A stretch of DNA of 64,000 bases. Source: Rhynchobatus australiae. Lineage: Eukaryota. The notes beneath the pieces were generated by a model. That model saw only the letters and a program-made list of their open reading frames with translations, did no database searches and was not told the origin of the DNA. The stretch covers positions 98,227,747-98,291,746 of the forward strand of contig JAUZTB010000135.1 of NCBI GenBank assembly GCA_034780895.1. Reading direction: 5' to 3'. The translations under genes and the position numbers were made by a program. Positions 13,303 to 26,360 of this stretch are shown in pieces (position 1 is the first letter of the stretch; each line of letters begins with the position of its first letter).

Positions 13303-14109
13303 NNNNNNNNNNNNNNNNNNNNNNNNNNNNNNNNNNNNNNNNNNNNNNNNNNNNNNNNNNNNNNNNNNNNNNNNNNNNNNNNNNNNNNNNNNNNNNNNNN
13401 NNNNNNNNNNNNNNNNNNNNNNNNNNNNNNNNNNNNNNNNNNNNNNNNNNNNNNNNNNNNNNNNNNNNNNNNNNNNNNNNNNNNNNNNNNNNNNNNNNAT
13501 TCTACGTAGTAGTTTCTGATAAGCATACACTGAGACCCCTTGCCAAGTGTTAGTTTTGATGTGTGCAAAAAATAACAATTATTCTAAAATTGGCACTTTG
13601 TTCACCCTGGCTTCTATTTCTATCTGTGGCTGATAAATAGGTAGCATGAACCATGATTGCATGAAAGGATATTAGTTTATACTTTACTGTATCTTATGGT
13701 CATTACTGTTGTTGTTTTTCTTCCTAATTTAATGGACAAACCATATGTACCAGAAATTACACTGAAAATTCCTACATTTCAGCCAAAATGGTTATCATGG
13801 AGAAATTGATAACCTACTAAATAAGGTTCATTACACTGGAAATGGTTATCCATTGGACGACAACAGCTTTTGCATCAGTTGACTGGGATTGCCAAAGCAA
13901 TGTGTAAATGTTGATTGACATGGTGGAATTAAAACAAATGGATCCATTGATAATGAGTCAACAAAGTGAAAGCCGTGTGGAAATGGTAAATTAAAGATCT
14001 CCTTTTATGTACAAAATGTTGTAATTGAGTCATGCATCTTCATTTCAAAATAACAAGTGATTTCATTCCCAACATACCAAAACCACAAGAACCTACCATA
14101 TCAAAGAAT

Positions 14110-14531
14110 GGAATCATTTCTATTACACCCTTTATGGTTTGAGGTTATCCAAAGTGCATTACAGCCAATGCAGCGGTTTTGACAATAGACGCTGATGTAG
14201 GAAATGTGGTGGTCATTATGTATACAACAAGCTCTCACAAACAACCCTGTGATAATGACCAGATAATCTGTTATATTGATTGAGGGGGTGATATTGGCTT
14301 GGACACCAGGGATAATACCCCTATTTTTCTTTGAAAAAGGTCCCATGGTCCTACTACACCCACCTGAGAGGGTAAAAGGCCAAGGTTTAATGTCTCACAT
14401 GAATGACTGCATCTTTGTCAGTTTGGAAGTGCCTTAGTACTGCATTGAGTTCTCAGTCTAAATTGATCTCATCTCTGAAGTGGGACTCCATAACCTTTTG
14501 ACTCAGAGGCAAGGGTAGCCACAACTGACAC
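14110..14531 (-). mobile_element. DeuSINE (SacSINE1-like), near full length and diverged
   Basis: tRNA-like head at the right end (rev-comp gtgtcagttgtggctacccttgcctctgagtca), Deu-domain-like blocks (ccacctgagaggg, ggtttaatgtctca, gtgataatgaccagataatctgtt, atattggcttggacaccaggg) and an L2-like tail at the left end. Confidence 0.75.
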
Positions 14532-17500
14532 TTACCCAATGGTACAACTTCAATATAGGATTATTGCAGCCTATCTCCTTAAACATTCGTAATGGTCAGA
14601 TTTTCTGGCAAATCCTGATTATGCACATTGTGTACCCGAGTTCAGTTCATTAACTGAAAGGCCTTGTAGCAATTTTAAACATTCAGCTGACGGGAAGCAT
14701 GCACATTGAGCAATGTTAGTAATTACACCAGCAGGAGTTTCCAGGCTATAAATCTGAGCATATGAACCTTTGCTAGATATTTAAATATGCTCATAATGTG
14801 GACTATATTGGCAAACATGTAAAGTATAAACATGCATGTGGAACACCAATAAAAAGAGATTGATCATTTTTGCAAAAGCATTGTTTTTTGATAACTTTCA
14901 TTCAGTAATTTTTCAAACTGAAAGGATAACTTTGATCTGTCAACTGAGAAAAGTAAACTGAATGTGACCTTTCGTCATCAGTTAATCATCTCAGTTAATG
15001 ACAACTGTTAACTTTGTTCTGATATTTGACTGTGCACTTTCTTTGTACTATCAAATTGTTTCATCCAAGCTCTAATTATTTCACTTTATGTGTGTGGATA
15101 TCATGGGAGTAAGTTGAGTTCAACACTGAAAAGCAAGTTTATCTTTTGAGAAATATTGTATTACTCTGTTGTTACCAGCAGGACCTTTGGGGAATTCTTT
15201 CTCTGCAGAACATGGTTTGTGTGTTGGTAAGTTTTAATATTTCAGGAAAGTTCTGCAAATAAAGAAAGCTGAAATTTAATTATTTATTGTACTGTTTTAT
15301 TTTAAGTACTCAGTCTTGGGCATGTGTAACCAGTATATTAAATGCTGTTCCCATGGTATACTTGTATGACCAATTTAAATCATCAGCATGCTGGAAAACA
15401 ACAATATCTTGTACTTAATCTGTTTCTACCTGAGAGAGCACAAAAGNNNNNNNNNNNNNNNNNNNNNNNNNNNNNNNNNNNNNNNNNNNNNNNNNNNNNN
15501 NNNNNNNNNNNNNNNNNNNNNNNNNNNNNNNNNNNNNNNNNNNNNNNNNNNNNNNNNNNNNNNNNNNNNNNNNNNNNNNNNNNNNNNNNNNNNNNNNNNN
15601 NNNNNNNNNNNNNNNNNNNNNNNNNNNNNNNNNNNNNNNNNNNNNNNNNNNNNNNNNNNNNNNNNNNNNNNNNNNNNNNNNNNNNNNNNNNNNNNNNNNN
15701 NNNNNNNNNNNNNNNNNNNNNNNNNNNNNNNNNNNNNNNNNNNNNNNNNNNNNNNNNNNNNNNNNNNNNNNNNNNNNNNNNNNNNNNNNNNNNNNNNNNN
15801 NNNNNNNNNNNNNNNNNNNNNNNNNNNNNNNNNNNNNNNNNNNNNNNNNNNNNNNNNNNNNNNNNNNNNNNNNNNNNNNNGTCTGCCCTAAGTAGCATAT
15901 CCTGGGCAACGACTGATTTATTGAACTGGAACATGTGTAACATATTTTGGTACTTAGGAGTGAATCAGGTAAACAGATAATGGGAACCGACAGAAAAAGT
16001 ATGGGGTGAGTTGATTTATTTAATCAACATTGATGCAAGTTAGTTCTCTTAAATGATTTTTGTGCTAAAGGTGGACATTTTTAAGTGGGTCAGAGGCTCT
16101 ATCTCCATTTCATAAGCATTTTCTCCTCCCTTTCTAAGAGTTCAACAATCCTCAATGCATAAAAGCACTGGGAAACTTGACAATTCACATGGATCTCAGA
16201 ATCTTCCGCTGCAATTTTAAATATATTAGATATCTAAGGCTAATAAATAATATGTTAATTCAATTAATGAATGTTGTCTAATAGCAATTTGCAGCAAATT
16301 ATGTACCCGTGAGACCAAAAGCTTCACAAACTGTCATTCATTATTTCGACAACAGCTTACGCTATGACAGTAATACTTTCCAAAATGTGTCACAAAATAG
16401 GGCAAAAGAGGAGTGAGGTTGGAGGTGGAAAAGATGAAATGGATGTGGTTTAAAGATGAAGAGAGTAGAGGGTTCAGAGAGTAAGTGGGCAGGACTATGA
16501 ATGGAGGGAAGGGGTGAGGACCAGAGGAAGAGGTTGTGACCTGATATACTTGCCTGCAGAACGCTGAGGAATAGATAACTAAAGATGTAGGTTGTATATT
16601 AATATACTAAGCAATGGGGAGTTAATGCCAGGGGAGGACAGCAAATGTCAGATAGAGCTTGGTGGAGGAACTGTGAATTGGGGTTTGTGGGTGGCTATCA
16701 GAAGCCCTGAGGGGACAAGATTATCAAAGTCTGCAAATGNNNNNNNNNNNNNNNNNNNNNNNNNNNNNNNNNNNNNNNNNNNNNNNNNNNNNNNNNNNNN
16801 NNNNNNNNNNNNNNNNNNNNNNNNNNNNNNNNNNNNNNNNNNNNNNNNNNNNNNNNNNNNNNNNNNNNNNNNNNNNNNNNNNNNNNNNNNNNNNNNNNNN
16901 NNNNNNNNNNNNNNNNNNNNNNNNNNNNNNNNNNNNNNNNNNNNNNNNNNNNNNNNNNNNNNNNNNNNNNNNNNNNNNNNNNNNNNNNNNNNNNNNNNNN
17001 NNNNNNNNNNNNNNNNNNNNNNNNNNNNNNNNNNNNNNNNNNNNNNNNNNNNNNNNNNNNNNNNNNNNNNNNNNNNNNNNNNNNNNNNNNNNNNNNNNNN
17101 NNNNNNNNNNNNNNNNNNNNNNNNNNNNNNNNNNNNNNNNNNNNNNNNNNNNNNNNNNNNNNNNNNNNNNNNNNNNNNNNNNNNNNAAGGTGTAACAGAC
17201 ATAATCAGATGTAATTTATTTTCTAGGCATAAGTCTTTAACTAGATATTTCTTACTAAAGTTGGAATTTACCTAATACCACCCAGGCAGCAAAATATCGT
17301 AGTTGTGGTTCCTTCAATATCCCTGTGCACAATTAGTTTATTTACTACAGCACGTTGCTTAAAGTGAGAGCCGACAATCAGACAGCAAGAGAAACCAACC
17401 AATAGAACGTAACTGATCAGAGAAAGCAAGGCACATCTCCATAACCAATCAAATTCAACAACTGTGAAATCAGCAACAAAAAGGATGGGAAAGAAGTGGA

Positions 17501-18059
17501 AAATACATTGGTGAACAGGAGTCATGTACTGAAAGAGAAATAAATAGAGAGTGAGACAGAGAGAAAGCAAATGAGAAAAGCTTGCAAAAAGATAAAAATA
17601 CTCTGACCCTTTCCCACATGTTACTCATTGCCCAAAATTAGACCATGGTGGGATAATGATGTCAGGTGAGCTTGTTAGACAAAATGTTAACGAGACTTCA
17701 TGTTGTTGGAATCTANNNNNNNNNNNNNNNNNNNNNNNNNNNNNNNNNNNNNNNNNNNNNNNNNNNNNNNNNNNNNNNNNNNNNNNNNNNNNNNNNNNNN
17801 NNNNNNNNNNNNNNNTGGAATCTAGCGAGATTGAGGTTTAAAAAGTGAACTGAGCCAATGAAAATGGGAAAGTAGAAACAGGCAAACACATAGAATAGCA
17901 AGCACAAAGCACTCTGGCTGACCCACAGGGAATGTATCTCACATGCTGCTGGCACCATGTATCTCCTGGGGCAGAAAGGTAGAATTAAAAGTAATATCAT
18001 TCAGTTTTACAGTTGTGTACACAAAGCCAGAACTGCTGAAATCTTCTGAAAGAAAACAA

Positions 18060-18150
18060 TGTATTTTATATGAAGTCTTTCACATCCTCAAAAGTCCCAA
18101 ACCATTTCATTCAGTGGAGTACTTTTAAAGTGTAGCCGCTGTTTTAATGG
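18060..18150 (-). mobile_element. DeuSINE 3' tail fragment
   Basis: gtcccaaaccatttcattcagtggagtacttttaaagtgtagccgctgtt resembles the tail region at 14145-14200. Confidence 0.45.
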
Positions 18151-20289
18151 GGGCTAAATCTGATGTCATTCAATTCAAAATAAATCTCTTGGTTTACTTG
18201 AGAATCAGTCATTCCCTATGGTAAAGCATTCTGCACTGCCGGAATTGTGTAAGGAAATCCATTATAACCTCTCTTCTTATTTAGTTCGTGACAGTTTTAA
18301 ACCGATGCACCCTTCATTCTTGACTTCCCTTTCAAAGCATGCAAGAGATTTTGAGGTCAGTTGAAGAGCTTCCAGTTTTCCATCACGAGGTTACTGTTTC
18401 AGTCCAGTGTGGGTGATGTGTATCTGGACATTGTAGCAGCAGATACTTCAGCTGAATATTAGGCCATGGATGGATTTGGGGAGTGGGGGAGGAGGTCCAT
18501 TAAAACAGCCTGGGTAACTCTGTGAACACTCTCCCCACCCCAGCCTGCTGGGCAAATAACAATGAAATCCATCTCTCCAGTGACCAAACACTCATGCAGC
18601 CAATGGTGTACCACATTCTGACGATCATGTACAGAAAGCCCACAGCTACCGAAAACATAGTTTCCTCCAAGTCACACTAATAACAATCACGTATTAAAAA
18701 TGCAACCTTCCATTAAATTTTCTCTTCATTTTCTTTGTTCCAGTGGAAAGAATGTCAGTGTCTCAAGTCTGTTTTCATGGTTTTATCTTCCTGCCTCCAG
18801 AATACATAGTTCAAGTGCTTGGTAACACACAACCCTCCAACTCCATATCTTAGCTTTGACAGTAGACATTATATGTAAGGAACCATTGAATTCTACTTTT
18901 TGCTGGATTATGTTGTATAAACTTTCAACGTTAAAATCTGAACCCTGCCAAGGCACATGAGATGATGCTCTATGCAGCAATTAGCATGATGATGTATTGC
19001 AGAACTCACAGTTGGATTGATTGAGTGGACAGTGTGTGATATTCTGTCAGATATGTAGAAGGTCAGGCTTTAAGGAGCTGAGAAAATAAATCATGCTCTT
19101 GTGTACCTTCATTTCTTGGATATTTGTTTATCTAAACCAATCATGCAGGAAACCCTGGATTCATGTCCATGGAGACAGAGCAACAATAGTTAACTTTTTT
19201 NNNNNNNNNNNNNNNNNNNNNNNNNNNNNGCAAATTTACACATTCACTCAGTGAAATTACTGCAGGTGTGCTCCCTTTGGCCTTCAGAATTCAAATATGT
19301 CCAAGCTCTTGCAAGTCCCACTGATTAAAATAAAAAAAAACAAAGGTTTTTAACATACAAATTAGACTTAACTTATGAATAATGGTTAGTGGGAAGAGAG
19401 GAATTTCCCAATGTATTTGGAAATAATCAATGACCTTGTATTTATACCACACTTAAAGGATTTTTTAAAAGCCTGTTAAAATACAGCTTGAGCATCTACA
19501 AAAGGATACTTTCTATCTGTTGATTTTTTTATGACGTCAGGAAATGGAGAGTTTTGGAATCTCTAAACAAACATCAGAATAGTTCAGGAACAGTCATTAA
19601 AGACAGAAGTTCAGGGACTTGTGGAAACAAATAACCTTTAACAAGTGAGTGAAAACAAATTGCAGACTTTTACACAATCTCAGAAAATTGCACTTAAGAA
19701 GGTCAGGGTCTCTGGGTAAGAACCATTTAATGTGCCTTATAAAATGTCACCCTTTAGCCTTCCTGCATTTGAGATTATTTTACATTTCTATATCAAGCAT
19801 TGATTTTGCATTCCCATTCTGAAAAAGCTCTGTTACTTTAAGGTATTAAATTCTCTGCCATTGCCGGTGAAGTAATGTAGAATGGTTCTATTTCTCCTTG
19901 TGGAATTAATTAAACTAAGTTAAGTCATTTGTACAGAGCCTGAAATGTAACATCTGCCTGTTCTTCTTAACCTTTAGTTACTCTCATATTAACATGCTCA
20001 TTCATGACCGAGTGCTTGTCATCCTGTCTGGTTTGCCCATCTTTGATTTAACTTTTGAGAGCTTTTGTCTTTTGATATATTACTGCAAAATCACACTGAA
20101 AAATTAACGTAAAAATATTTTAAAGTAAAAATAGCCTCCAACTCAACATGCCTGTTTTTTTAATTTATTCTCCTCTGTTTTTTTACTCTGGACTCCAAAC
20201 ATTATTTCGGTGGATTTTGCACCAGGATTCTGCTCAAATTTTGGGGGCACTGGAAGAAAACGGACAGAGTCAAGCAGTGATGTAACACT

Positions 20290-21545
20290 GAAGGAAACAC
20301 TGCAGGTGCTGGAAATGTGAACCTGAACACCGGAAGCTCTCAACTGATCGGGCTGCAACTGTGGGGGAAAGAACAAAGTCAATGTTTCACATTAGAACTG
20401 GAAAAGTGAGAAGGTTTGTGTTTTCAGTCGTAACGAGGGGCTGAAGAAAACAAAAGGAATGTTTGTGATAGGGTGCAGATCAATGTTTTCAAGGTAATAA
20501 TTACATGGGAAATCTGCTGTTGGTGCAAAATGATAAAGGAACAAACGGAAACATAACAAATTAAAACAAAGTGCAGTCGTGTGTGAAAAAGGTTTAGTTG
20601 AAAATGTTAAACTCAAGATTACATTCCAATGGTTGGAACATAGAACATTACAGCACAGTCCAGGCCCTTCTGCCCACGATGTTGTGCCGACATTTTATCC
20701 TGCTCTAAGATCTATCTAACCCTTCCCTCCCACACAGCCCCCCATTCCTTTATCATTCATGTGTNNNNNNNNNNNNNNNNNNNNNNNNNNNNNNNNNNNN
20801 NNNNNNNNNNNNNNNNNNNNNNNNNNNNNNNNNNNNNNNNNNNNNNNNNNNNNNNNNNNNNNNNNNNNNNNNNNNNNNNNNNNNNNNNNNNNNNNNNNNN
20901 NNNNNNNNNNNNNNNNNNNNNNNNNNNNNNNNNNNNNNNNNNNNNNNNNNNNNNNNNNNNNNNNNNNNNNNNNNNNNNNNNNNNNNNNNNNNNNNNNNNN
21001 NNNNNNNNNNNNNNNNNNNNNNNNNNNNNNNNNNNNNNNNNNNNNNNNNNNNNNNNNNNNNNNNNNNNNNNNNNNNNNNNNNNNNNNNNNNNNNNNNNNN
21101 NNNNNNNNNNNNNNNNNNNNNNNNNNNNNNNNNNNNNNNNNNNNGTATGGAGGATTAAAGTGAAAGGTGACTGGAAACCTAGGGATGTCCTTATGGACTG
21201 AAAGGAAATGATCTACAAAGTGGTCACTCGGTTTGCATTGAGTGTCTCCAATGGAGAGGAGACCACAAGGGAGAAACAAAACACAGATTGGGTGACCACT
21301 TTGCAGATACATCAGAGGAATGGCACCTCATCTTCCGACTGGGTTGAATAATTATACAGATGTGGTTGTTCATTTGCTCTCCAGCAGTTTGTTCTAATCA
21401 GTGATTTTTGATGGAATTGTTAGCTTGATAATGCTAGTCTGTGCCATATCACATACACTCCCCCTCTCAGCAACTTAAAACACTCTTGTCCTCTCAGTTT
21501 TCCAGTTTTAATGAAAGGTTCATTAACACTGGAACACTGATGTTG
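20290..21545 (-). mobile_element. Penelope-like element remnant with oppositely oriented pseudo-LTRs, interrupted by a CR1 tail and a gap
   Basis: Pseudo-LTR-like sequence at 20290-20480; GIY-YIG-like peptide IGDTQCKPSDHFVDHFLSVHKDIPRFPVTFHFN on the minus strand at ~21150-21255; inverted pseudo-LTR-like piece at 21460-21545. Confidence 0.65.
20636..20764 (-). mobile_element. CR1/HER1-type LINE 3' tail inserted in the Penelope remnant
   Basis: gaacatagaacattacagcacagtccaggcccttctgcccacgatgttgtgccgac, continuing into the N-run. Confidence 0.85.
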
Positions 21546-21784
21546 CCACATCCGATGAAGCTGCATTGCTGCTTCCACCCACCCTGCATTTGCCTCACCT
21601 TGTTACCTCACCCAGAGCTGTTAGGGAAGCTGCTCTTTCCCCTTCTGTTGCATGTAAATACTGGGTGTGAGGTGGGTCCAGGTTTCTGATGGTTCTCCCC
21701 TGCTCCTGCTGGGTCTGCCACTTCTAGAGAGGCAATGGTAGCAAATTCTCTGTATTGATGCATGTGGGGAAAGGGCTTAGTAAT

Positions 21785-22720
21785 GGATATTGTTGGAAGG
21801 TCAGGTAGCATCTGTAGAAAGAGAAACAGCTGATGGTTCTAGCTCAAGATCCTTGGTCAGAACTGGAAAAGAGAGAAAACAAGTTAGTATTTAGTTGCAG
21901 AGAAGGTGTTGGAGGGACAGAGAAGACAAAGGGAATATTTGTGATAAGGTGAGGCTAAGGTTGCTGTGGGGATAAACCACATGGGTCTTCCAGTCAGATG
22001 GGTTAGTGGGGCAGTTAGACGGTGATGATACAGATAAAGTACAGCAATGCATTGCAAACACTGGGACTGTGGAATGGATGACTGGTAGCAGAAATGGCCA
22101 GTAATGATACAGGGAGAGAAAGCAAGTTATCCGTAGCTGGAGCCTTTAATATTGAGTCAAAAGATTGCAGATGTGCCCAGACAGAAGATGAGGTGTTGTT
22201 CGCTTAAACCTGTGTGGGGAGAACAATGCAGGACGCCACAGAGTAACAGGTCAGAGTGGGAGTGGGATGGAAAATTAAAGTGGCAGGCAACTTTAGGGTT
22301 GTCCCTGCAGAGTGAACAAACGTGCCCTGCAAGGTGATAACCCAATCTGTGTTTAGTTTGTCCAGCACTGAATGTAATATGTTGGACTGGAAGAAATTCA
22401 AGTGATTCACTGTTTCACTGGATGATGACAAGGGAAGAGATGGAAGGATAGATATTCTTGCATGGGAAAGTGCCATAGCATGGGGAGTGGTTGGTGCAAA
22501 TGGAAGAGGGGACCAGGGATTCATGAAGGGAACGAGCCCTTCAAAATGCTGAAAAGGAAAGCAAGGGAAATTTGTGTTTGGTGTGGAATCTTGTTGACTT
22601 GTGGAGATTGCAAAGGATGATCCATTGAATTTGGAGGCTGATGGGGTGGAAGGCTAGGACCAGGAGAGCTGTGTCCAGGTGAGAGCAGAGATGTGGAAAT
22701 TTCATGAGATATTTTCTGGC
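21785..22720 (-). mobile_element. Penelope-like element 3' part (GIY-YIG endonuclease remnant plus pseudo-LTR)
   Basis: ORF 22157-22345 reads RDNPKVACHFNFPSHSHSDLLLCGVLHC..EQHLIFCLGT, typical of the Penelope GIY-YIG C-terminal region. A pseudo-LTR unit lies at 21790-21900. Confidence 0.8.
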
Positions 22721-24794
22721 TGGTCACGGAATCCCGACCCCCCATAGCACCCCGAAGTCACACTGCTGAAGGTCTGTGGTGCATTCTGAGACATCAGTAG
22801 ATAAGTTTCTAAAATCTCCTGAACTTTTAAACTTCCAAAAGCTACTCTGCCTCTTTAGGTGCAGGGAACTTCATCTTAGAGACCACAGGGGCTATCTTCA
22901 TGTTAGAGATCCTGCTAGTGACCAGCCTTGTGTACAGAGTGAGGCCAGTGGTAGAATCTTAGCTCAATTCACCATGGCTGGGTGTGTGGAAATAGGGCTC
23001 CAACTATCTTGACGCAGGATTTTGGAAATTTACCCTTTGACTGACATATTCCCAATGTGTTTTGGTATTCTGTCCAAGTAATCATTTTTCCCATGCATTC
23101 TTGCTTAGCGGGTGTGGGCTTTTGTTTGACCAGATGGAGCAAAATAACTGAACATTGCCTTCTACTAACTTGACATCTGCATTCCAGTGGTGATAACTGA
23201 ATGCCAACTGATGACAGGAAACCTGGCTAATATTTCATTTTCAGCTAGCTCAGGGAATGGAGATGATACTAATCAGTTAGGATCAGTTCCACATTGAGCA
23301 ATGCATTTATCAACAGAGCCTTCAATAAAGGTGGCTGGTTCTATCCCATTGTCTCATTCATCAATTACAAGGTGGTCTTCAGCAAGATAAAATCACTGAA
23401 AACTACAGAGCACATTGTGCAAATATATAAAAAATGATCAAAAATAACAGAACATAAAATGGTTCAGATAACATGAATCCACAGTTCCAGATGAAGATTA
23501 ATCAAGATGTTAGAAGCAGAGTGAGAGGGGAAACTGGAGAAATGTCCTGGCGGATATCAGAACAAAAATCTTCGAGCACAGTGTAGAGAAAGGCATAAAC
23601 CTCAGACTCCTTCAAGATAAAATCTCTAAGATAGACCGAAGGGTCATCTCAGGGAATTAGAACGTAAATGTAACCAAGGATTTATTTTCATTATGACTTT
23701 GGTGCCAATTTCAATTACTTTCCATTTCACAGTATTATAATTTAGACCCCGATATGACTGGATCCTTTGGTTTAGAATTTCTGTTACAGAGGGCAAGGTT
23801 TTGATGTGCTACACAATAGAACTTTATCTTTAAGTGATTGCAGCACCCTCTCACATGCATCAGCAAGGTGAAGAGCCATGTCATACTGCCGTGCACAGAC
23901 TGTGATGCCAGTTGGCATGGACAGCAAGACTGATGTTACTGTTGTGAATTTCTATCATTCATACACAACTAGTGAATGGTAAAAGCTTCTAACACTGGAC
24001 TTGGCCTTCATCAGAGGCTGAAAGCTCTAACATTATTCTAAGGGGAGGTATCCTTACCTTGGTCAAAGTCCTTGGGTCAACTGAGCAGCAAAGCCTTTGA
24101 CCAAGCAGGAAGGGCATCCATCTTAAAGATAAGTTCAGTTGTTGGTTCAGCTGGGGACCCCGGCAACCATATCTTTATCCTGGGTACCCATCCTAGATGG
24201 TACAATGTCCTAATGTCTGTTTGAGGAATGTACTGGCTGAGTCCAATCCCAAAGTACTACACAGTCTCACTGAGCTACATTCAAATGTTTCAGACAATTC
24301 CTGTATCAATTACATCTGCCATTCAAACTCAGAAGTTACCATCAATTTGCCCTACAGAACAAAGCTCAAACAGCCAGGGAGGTGAGTAATTTAAAGACAA
24401 ATGTTATAAATGGCTTCAGTTTGTTTCTCATTAAGATCAATCCATGATGGTTTCTGTGAAAGGATTGTCCTTGATCTACAAGTTACTGCTCTAGTGCAGT
24501 GGGAGACCACTGTACCTCATGGTGGACTGGTAACCTCTGACTGTTAAAGGCTCTGAGGATCCATCTGTTGTCTCATCCAAGTCAGCTGTTGTTGAAGTCA
24601 ATAACCTTGGCTGCCAGCTGACACCATTAGGTGTTGTTCATATTGTCCCATTGGGGCTGGGACTTATCTCTTCCATTCACATGTGGATCTATTTGAGTGG
24701 TGACTTTGTGCTGAATAAATGTAATATCACCCAGAAATATTTGACTCAAAAATTGGTGATATGGTTGAGAGGAAGGAGGAAAGCTTTCATCTTC

Positions 24795-25430
24795 AGGAAG
24801 ATGTAAATGGTCTGGTCAGTTAGGCAGAAAAGTCATAGGTGGAATTTAATCCAGAGTAGTGTGAGTGATCCACGTGGGGAAGATACAACATGGAAGACAC
24901 AATCGGTGGGAGGATATTGAGAAGTATGGAGCAAAGGAAGACCTTGGATTGCACATTTAGCAGAAGAGGGTGATCAGGTGACAGTGGGAACCAGGTGAAT
25001 GTGCTGGAGAAAGTGCAGAGTGAAAGCTGTTAATGATGAGGATAGATTGGATGGACAGTGGTTGTGTAGTTTGCATAAGAGGAGACTGAGGGAGACATAA
25101 CCGGTGTATAAAATTACAAAGGGTTTAGGATTTGATTAGCTGAGCAGTCAAAATCAGAGGCATTGATTAAGAGTAATTGACTGAAGGAAGAGAGAGGAAT
25201 TTTTTTCCACACAGGTGGACTGGGCTCACTGCTTGAAAGTGTGATAGAGGCAGAAACCCTGGCCATATCTGAAAAGTACATGGATGTGCTTCCGGCCCAG
25301 GGGTCAGGGTTACGGCCTGCAAGTCTCCGGCTCTAGTGCTGGAAGGTGGGGTGAGGTTGGGTTGTTCTTCATCAGCCTGCACACCTACAACGGACCAAAT
25401 GTCCTCCTTACCTGTTGTTACTTTTCTGTG
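24795..25430 (+). mobile_element. Degraded CR1-type LINE 3' part
   Basis: Decayed LQEDVNGLVS.AEK..VEFNPE.CE and KRRLRET motifs, ttttttccacacaggtgg, and a ggaccaaatgtcctc tail. Confidence 0.7.
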
Positions 25431-26167
25431 ATGCTAGGATAACAATTGTGTGCAGCCATTTGGAAAAGATTGCTCTCATGGCACAAAGAGAGATCTCCCC
25501 CTAATGGTACATCTAACTCGACATGAGGAAATACCAGTCAGACATGCTGCTAAAGTTGTGCCCATAATTGACATGGTTACAAGCCCTAGTTTCTCCCAGT
25601 TTTCTGACAACAGCAGCGTTGGCCTTCTCGGGTTATCTCTCTGCTGCTTTGCCTTTTTACTCTGTCATTGCTGCTTTGTTCTGGTAGATCCAGGATATGG
25701 TTGAAGAAAAGGAGAAGAGGGATCCAGGAACACTGCATTACCAACTCAGTCATTTGCTTTGTCCCACCGGAGATCCCACAGGAAAAGAGACAACTTTGTT
25801 CTTGGCATTGGGAAGCCCAAAGAGGAATTAGAGGAAGCAAAGCATCATGGTGGCGCAGAGACTCACAGGATATTCATCTCTGAGTCAGCAATTTGTGGCC
25901 CTGATCGTCCACGAAAGGAGACAGCTGACGTAGTATTCCACACTCAGGAACGCAGAGCCCCACCGCTCATTGGACGGATGGTGTTATGTACCCTGCAGCA
26001 TAGTGGTACCACCATCAATGACTTCAGTCTTTTACCAAACCTTAGATGCCTGTCAGAACCTTTCAACCAGGGAATGACTTCCAGGCCCATGAAAATTTTC
26101 ATCCAGGTTTCCCAAACACAGAGCCCTGGAGCTCTTTGAATCAGTTGTGCACGGTCTTTGATTGCTG

Positions 26168-26360
26168 CTATTGAAGCAGCTTATCACAGTTAACAGGGTG
26201 CTCTACCCAGCATTTCCTGGTGTCCATGCTTTCTCCATTGACTACCCCTTCCTGTGCAGGTGTAAATGGAAGGGTAGATTTCTTCTGGGAAGCTCCAGCT
26301 GCCCTTTTTTCTGTCATTCTCTGGTCAAAAAACAACTTAACTGCAACATGAAGCTCAGGA
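26168..26360 (-). CDS. Candidate terminal coding exon of an unidentified gene (63 codons plus stop)
   Basis: Branch-point-like ggctaag, pyrimidine tract and acceptor ttatcattctttatttgcag; only one long open frame (PELHVAVKLFFDQRMTEKRAAGASQKKSTLPFTPAQEGVVNGESMDTRKCWVEHPVNCDKLLQ*). No homologue recognised. Confidence 0.25.

Noticed and set aside
23990-24030. Hammerhead-like pieces (ctgatga on minus; ggcct/aggct-gaaagctc on plus)
   Set aside because: The core elements fall on opposite strands and no closing stem I can be formed.
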